From an uncultured Chloroflexia bacterium (lineage in GTDB: Bacteria > Chloroflexota > Limnocylindria > Limnocylindrales > CSP1-4), in NCBI GenBank assembly GCA_963819655.1, contig CAWFXA010000001.1:192001-256000 (forward strand): 64,000 nucleotides of DNA, given 5' to 3'. The position numbers and the translations under genes were made by a program. The notes under the pieces are model-generated. The model saw only the letters and a program-made list of their open reading frames with translations. It ran no database searches and was not told the DNA's origin. This document shows, piece by piece, positions 59,629 through 64,000 of the stretch (positions are counted from its first letter, which is position 1; every line of letters starts with the position of its first letter).

Positions 59629-59897
59629 GCACGGTCCGCATCCCGCCGACGCTCCGGACCGCGACCGGCGGTGAGAAGCTGGTCGCCGTCCCGGGCGGCA
59701 CGGTCCGCGAGGTCATCGCGGGCCTCGTCGAGGCGCACCCAGGCCTCGGGTCCCAACTGCTCACCCCCGACGGCGACCTGAATCGCTTCGTCAACGCCTT
59801 CCTCAACGACACCGACGTGCGCCACCTCCAAGCGCTCGACACACCCGTCGGCGAGGCCGACACGCTCGTCCTGCTACCGGCGATGGCCGGGGGCTAG
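59625..59897 (+). CDS. MoaD/ThiS/CysO ubiquitin-like sulfur carrier
   Basis: VRIPPTLR...NRFVNAFLND.DVR...LPAMAGG* (C-terminal GG); ATGA overlap with the upstream stop. Confidence 0.92.
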   Translation: MSTVRIPPTLRTATGGEKLVAVPGGTVREVIAGLVEAHPGLGSQLLTPDGDLNRFVNAFLNDTDVRHLQALDTPVGEADTLVLLPAMAGG

Positions 59898-59934
59898 CCT
59901 CGCCCCGATCTCCGCGGAGTAGGCTGGGCGTCCG

Positions 59935-60750
59935 ATGTCGGCCGATGAGCGACCGCCGAGCGGGGACGAGGCGTTCTGGCGCGAGTTCCTGACACACGGC
60001 GACCCGAAGGAGATGCGTGCCAGGCGCGTCCTTCGCTGGCTACCACGCGGCCCGCGGTGCAAGTTGTGCGCCGCGCCGTTCGCGGGTGCCGGCTCGCATC
60101 TGATGCGAGTGATCGGCAAGCGACCAGCCTTCAAGAACGGGACCGTGTGCAACACCTGCTTCGACTTCATGGAGAAGCACCACGGCGGCGCCGAGATCGA
60201 GGGCAGCTTCCTGTTCGCCGATATCCGCGGCTCGACGACCCTCGCCGAGCGCCTGCCACCAACGGCGTTCCGCGCGCTGATCGACCGCTTCTACACGACG
60301 GCGACCCAAGCCGTGTTCGACAACGACGGTGGCGTCGACAAGTTCGTCGGTGACGAGATCGTCGCGTTCTTCTTCCCGCTGTTCTCGGGGCCGCGACACG
60401 CGGCTGCTGCGGTCGGTGCCGCGTCCGCATTGCTGCGCGCGACAGGCCACGCAGACGCGGGCGGACCGTGGGTCCCGGTGGGCGCCGGTATCGCCACAGG
60501 GATGGCGTGGGTCGGCGCCGTCGGCGACGAGAAGCGGACCGATCTGACCGCGCTCGGCGACACCGTCAACATCGCCGCTCGGTTGGGCGCGGTCGCCGCC
60601 GCCGGCGAAGTGCTGATGACCACGGAGACCGCCGTGGCGGCCGGGGTCGATCCGAGACTCCAGACGAGGACCCTCGACCTCAAGGGCAAGACCACGCCGA
60701 CCGAGGTGGTGAGCCTGACCGTGGGCCCCGTGCCAGTCGGGGTGGGCTAG
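59935..60750 (+). CDS. Class III adenylate/guanylate cyclase with an N-terminal Cys4 motif
   Basis: FADIRGST, DKFVGD, GDTVNIAARL, LKGK; CKLC...CNTC. Confidence 0.88.
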   Translation: MSADERPPSGDEAFWREFLTHGDPKEMRARRVLRWLPRGPRCKLCAAPFAGAGSHLMRVIGKRPAFKNGTVCNTCFDFMEKHHGGAEIEGSFLFADIRGSTTLAERLPPTAFRALIDRFYTTATQAVFDNDGGVDKFVGDEIVAFFFPLFSGPRHAAAAVGAASALLRATGHADAGGPWVPVGAGIATGMAWVGAVGDEKRTDLTALGDTVNIAARLGAVAAAGEVLMTTETAVAAGVDPRLQTRTLDLKGKTTPTEVVSLTVGPVPVGVG

Positions 60751-61901
60751 GATCCGTCGAGCGCCTGGCGAAGGTCGGCGATGAGGTCATCGACGCCCTC
60801 GATGCCGACGGACAGCCGGATCAGCGCCGGGTCGACCGCCAGGGCGGTCTCCGAGACCGACATGTGGGTCATCGCTGCCGGCACCTCGATGAGCGACTCG
60901 ACCCCACCGAGCGATTCGGCAAGCGTGAACAGGTGCGTGCCCTCAGCGATCGCGATGGCCCGCTCGGCCGCCGTCTCGGAGCCGCGCGCGGCCGGCTGGA
61001 ACGAGACCATGCCGCCAAACCCCGGGTAGCGCACCTCTTCGATGTCAGAGCGTGACCGGAGGAACTCGACGACCGCCCGGGCGTTGGCCTGGTGGCGCTC
61101 GACGCGGATGTGCAGCGTGCGCAGGCCGCGCAACACCAGGAAGCAGTCGAACGGCCCGGGCACCGCGCCCATCGCGTTCTGCAGGAACCGCAGGCGTTCC
61201 GCAACCACGTCGTCCGACGTGACGCCCACCCCGAGCACGACGTCGGAATGGCCGGCGAGGTACTTCGTCGCGGAGTGGAACACGATGTCGGCGCCCATCG
61301 TGAGCGGGCGCTGGATCGCGGGCGACGCGAACGTGTTATCGACGACGATCAGCGGCCGTCGCCCGCCCTCGGCCGCCCGCAGGTCGACGGTCCGCGCCAC
61401 CTCCCCGATGTCGACCGTCTTGAGCAAAGGATTGGTCGGCGATTCGAACCAGACGAGCCGGGTGCGCTCCGACAGCGCCTCCCACAGCGCGTCCATCCCC
61501 GCCGTCAGGTCGATGAAGGTGGGCGTGACGCCACCGCCCGGCCTGCGGACCCCCTCGAGATAGCGGTAGGTGCCGCCGTACACGTCGTCGCCGACGACGA
61601 TCTCCTCGCCCGGATCGGCGAGCTGCGCGATGGCGGCGGTGGCCGCCGAACCCGAGGCGAACGCGAACCCGTGGTGACCACCTTCAAGGGCGGCGACCGC
61701 CCGCTCCAGCCGTTCGCGGGTGGGGTTCTGCGAGCGCGCGTACTCGTACCCCCGGCGCGGCTGGCCGACCGCGTCCTGCTCGTAGGTCGAGGTCTGGTAG
61801 ATCGGCGGCGCGACGGCGCCGGTCTGCTCGTCGGGCTCCGCACCGGCGTGGACGGCCAGCGAATCGAAGGAGAGCCCGTCGAGATCGGCGTCACGTGGCA
61901 T
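60747..61901 (-). CDS. Cystathionine gamma-lyase/synthase (transsulfuration PLP enzyme)
   Basis: PIYQTSTY, YARSQNPTR, ESPTNP, VDNTF, HSATKYLAGHSD, AESLGGVESL. Confidence 0.92.
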   Translation of the reverse strand: MPRDADLDGLSFDSLAVHAGAEPDEQTGAVAPPIYQTSTYEQDAVGQPRRGYEYARSQNPTRERLERAVAALEGGHHGFAFASGSAATAAIAQLADPGEEIVVGDDVYGGTYRYLEGVRRPGGGVTPTFIDLTAGMDALWEALSERTRLVWFESPTNPLLKTVDIGEVARTVDLRAAEGGRRPLIVVDNTFASPAIQRPLTMGADIVFHSATKYLAGHSDVVLGVGVTSDDVVAERLRFLQNAMGAVPGPFDCFLVLRGLRTLHIRVERHQANARAVVEFLRSRSDIEEVRYPGFGGMVSFQPAARGSETAAERAIAIAEGTHLFTLAESLGGVESLIEVPAAMTHMSVSETALAVDPALIRLSVGIEGVDDLIADLRQALDGS

Positions 61902-61923
61902 GCCCGGATGATGGCACCGCGAC

Positions 61924-61965
61924 GTCAGGTCGTGGCGGTCAGGTCGTGGCGGTCAGGTCGTGGCG
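61924..61965. repeat. 14-nt tandem repeat x3 spanning the GNAT stop codon
   Basis: GTCAGGTCGTGGCG x3. Confidence 0.85.
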
Positions 61966-62514
61966 GTCCAGCCGTCCTTGTGGAAGACGACCTCGAGGCC
62001 GTCGTACTCGTCCACCTGCACGCCGACCTCGCGGAAGCCGAAACGGGCGAGGACGGCTTGCGACGCGACGTTGTCAGGAGCCGTCGCTGCGCGGAACCGC
62101 GTCACGCCGTGCTCCCGGTTCGCCCAGTCGAGCAGCGCGCGAACGACCTCGGTCGCGACGCCCCTGGCGTCGATGCTCCGGCTCGACGCGATAGCCGATC
62201 TCCACGCGCCCGTCCTCGTCGGGCGGAGCATGAAACCCGATCGAGCCGATGATCCGCCGAACGCCGGCGTCATCGAGCACGATCACCCGCCCGAGCCACG
62301 GCTGGATGTTCGGGTCCGCGGTCAGGTCGGCGATGCGGTACTCCAGGAAGTGCTGGAGGTCCTCCGACATGTCGGCCGGGACCGTCGCGCCGATCGTGGT
62401 CGCAGCATCCTCCGTATCGCCCTCGCGCAGCGCGCGCATGAACCCGAGCGACATCGAGACGAGCTCGAAACGCGGCGTCCGGATCGACGGGACCGCAGTC
62501 ATCTCGGGCATCAT
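61953..62514 (-). pseudogene. RimJ/RimL GNAT N-acetyltransferase, frameshifted at the C-run 62161-62164 (likely sequencing error)
   Basis: IRTPRFEL...IGSIGFHAPP...EIGYRVEPEHRRQG, then the other frame gives VATEVVRALLDWA...NVASQAVLARFGF. Confidence 0.82.
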
Positions 62515-62597
62515 CCCACCGGCGGATCGAGCTCCGTGAACTCGCAGGGAACGTGATACATTTGCTGAGCACGTTTTCGCGCACGCTCGAGGATCCG

Positions 62598-63677
62598 ATG
62601 GACAGCACCGCTCCGACTCCCCGGTCCCCCGCCACCGCCATTCCCATCCGCGAGCGACTGCTCGCCTGGAAGGAGATCCTCGAGACGGCCAACCCGCCTG
62701 TTGCGCGGCCGCTCGACACGATCGGCAAGTGGCTGGTCATCACCCGCGCCGCCGTCTTCCCGATGACGATCTGGTCAGGATTGATCGGTGGCCTGCTGGC
62801 GGTCGAGGCGAACCGGGTGGCCGGAGGCGCCCCGGTCGACTGGGGCTTGTTCCTCCTCGCGGTCGTCGGTCTGGTCCTGGCCCACGCCGCGAACAACATG
62901 ATCAACGACTACTTCGACACGACCAGCGGGGTCGATACCGAAGGCTACGTCCGGGCGCTCTACGCCCCCCATCCGATCCTGTCGGGCTGGGTGACGAAGC
63001 GCCAGCTCGGCAGCGCGATCGTCATCGTCAACGCGATCGGCGCCGCGATCATGCTCTACCTCGCCGCGATCCGCGGGCCGCTGATCATCGTCTTTGCCCT
63101 CGCCGGGCTGTTCATCTCGGTCTTCTACGTCGCGCCACCGATCCGCCTCAAGCACCACGGTCTCGGCGAGCCGGGCGTGTTCCTCGTCTGGGGGCCGCTG
63201 ATGATCGGCGGCACGTTCCTCGCCGCGACCGGCACGATCCCTGGGTGGGTGCTGCTCGTGTCGGTGCCGTACGCGCTGCTCGTGACGGCCGTGCTGTTCG
63301 GCAAGCACATCGACAAGATCGAGGCCGACACCGCGCTCGGCGTGCGCACGCTGCCCGTCATCCTGGGCGAAGCCCGCGCGAGGGTCGTCGGCCAGTGGCT
63401 GATGATCCTGTTCTACCCGTTGACGATCGCCGCGGTCCTCGCCGGGTGGATCGGGCCGTGGGCGCTGCTGGTGCTGCTCGCCCTGCCGCGACTGCGAGGC
63501 GTGCTCGCGGTCTTCCGCCAGCCGAAGCCGTCCGCCCCACCGCCCGGCTACCCGGATCGTGGCTGGCCGCTGTGGTTCGTGGGCTACGCGTTCGTGCACA
63601 CGCGTCGCGCGGGCGGCCTGCTGACGCTGGGCCTGCTACTCAACGCGCTGCTTCCGCTCCCGCTTCCTTGGCTGTAG
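62598..63677 (+). CDS. UbiA/MenA-family prenyltransferase
   Basis: NNMINDYFD, YVAPPIRLKHHGLGE, D...GVRTL; multi-TM. Confidence 0.85.
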   Translation: MDSTAPTPRSPATAIPIRERLLAWKEILETANPPVARPLDTIGKWLVITRAAVFPMTIWSGLIGGLLAVEANRVAGGAPVDWGLFLLAVVGLVLAHAANNMINDYFDTTSGVDTEGYVRALYAPHPILSGWVTKRQLGSAIVIVNAIGAAIMLYLAAIRGPLIIVFALAGLFISVFYVAPPIRLKHHGLGEPGVFLVWGPLMIGGTFLAATGTIPGWVLLVSVPYALLVTAVLFGKHIDKIEADTALGVRTLPVILGEARARVVGQWLMILFYPLTIAAVLAGWIGPWALLVLLALPRLRGVLAVFRQPKPSAPPPGYPDRGWPLWFVGYAFVHTRRAGGLLTLGLLLNALLPLPLPWL

Positions 63678-63717
63678 CCGGGCCGCGGACGCGACCGCGC
63701 CAAAGATGCGGCCGGTC

Positions 63718-64000
63718 CTACCCCCCGACCGGAGGGTGGTGCGCCAGGTACTCGAGCAGATCGAGCTTCGTCACGACGCCGATCGGGCGGTCGCCCCGCA
63801 CCACGACGAGCGCTGACGAGGCCCCGCTCAACTCGGCGAACGCCTGATCGAGGCTGGCCGACGCCTCCACCAGCGGCAACGGCGAGTCCATCACCTCGCC
63901 CACCGTGCGGTCGACGACCGACGGATCCCGATACGCCCGATCCAGCAGGCCCTTCTCGCTTATCGATCCGACCAGACCCGACACCTCATCGCCCTCGGGC
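63718..64000 (-). CDS. C-terminal CBS-domain pair, probably cystathionine beta-synthase (runs off the window end)
   Basis: GSISEKGLL...TVGEVMDSPLPLV...GVVTKLDLLEYL; near the cystathionine lyase gene. Confidence 0.7.
   Translation of the reverse strand, partial: PEGDEVSGLVGSISEKGLLDRAYRDPSVVDRTVGEVMDSPLPLVEASASLDQAFAELSGASSALVVVRGDRPIGVVTKLDLLEYLAHHPPVGG

Overview
High-GC (roughly 70%), densely coding bacterial chromosome segment. Gene content and style tentatively suggest Chloroflexota (Limnocylindria-like) or a similar Terrabacteria soil lineage. I found no rRNA, tRNA, CRISPR array, transposase or integrase. Main blocks: (1) 0.5-23 kb, phosphate/polyphosphate/arsenic supercluster: ppk1, CYTH-CHAD, ppx, a histone-H1-like AKP-repeat protein, a pseudo-receiver OmpR regulator, pstSCAB-phoU-arsC-sixA, arsR/arsM, phoR-EEP-GDPD-oxidase and a phoB-like gene, with four 11-bp-periodic PHO-box-like arrays. 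(2) Housekeeping genes: proS, gltX, upp, mdh, pckA. (3) 31.7-51.4 kb, reductive pyrimidine catabolism: NMT1-type ABC transporter, class III aminotransferase, beta-ureidopropionase, LLM/F420-type oxidoreductase, dihydropyrimidinase and mmsA. It is interrupted by a palindrome-rich non-coding region plus a surface protein gene, and includes an RsbW/STAS/PP2C module. (4) 58-64 kb, sulfur amino-acid block: SAM-I riboswitch, thrC-like gene plus ubiquitin-like sulfur carrier, cystathionine lyase and a CBS-domain fragment. Four genes carry apparent single-base insertions, probably sequencing errors. All calls come from reading motifs by eye; no database searches were run.
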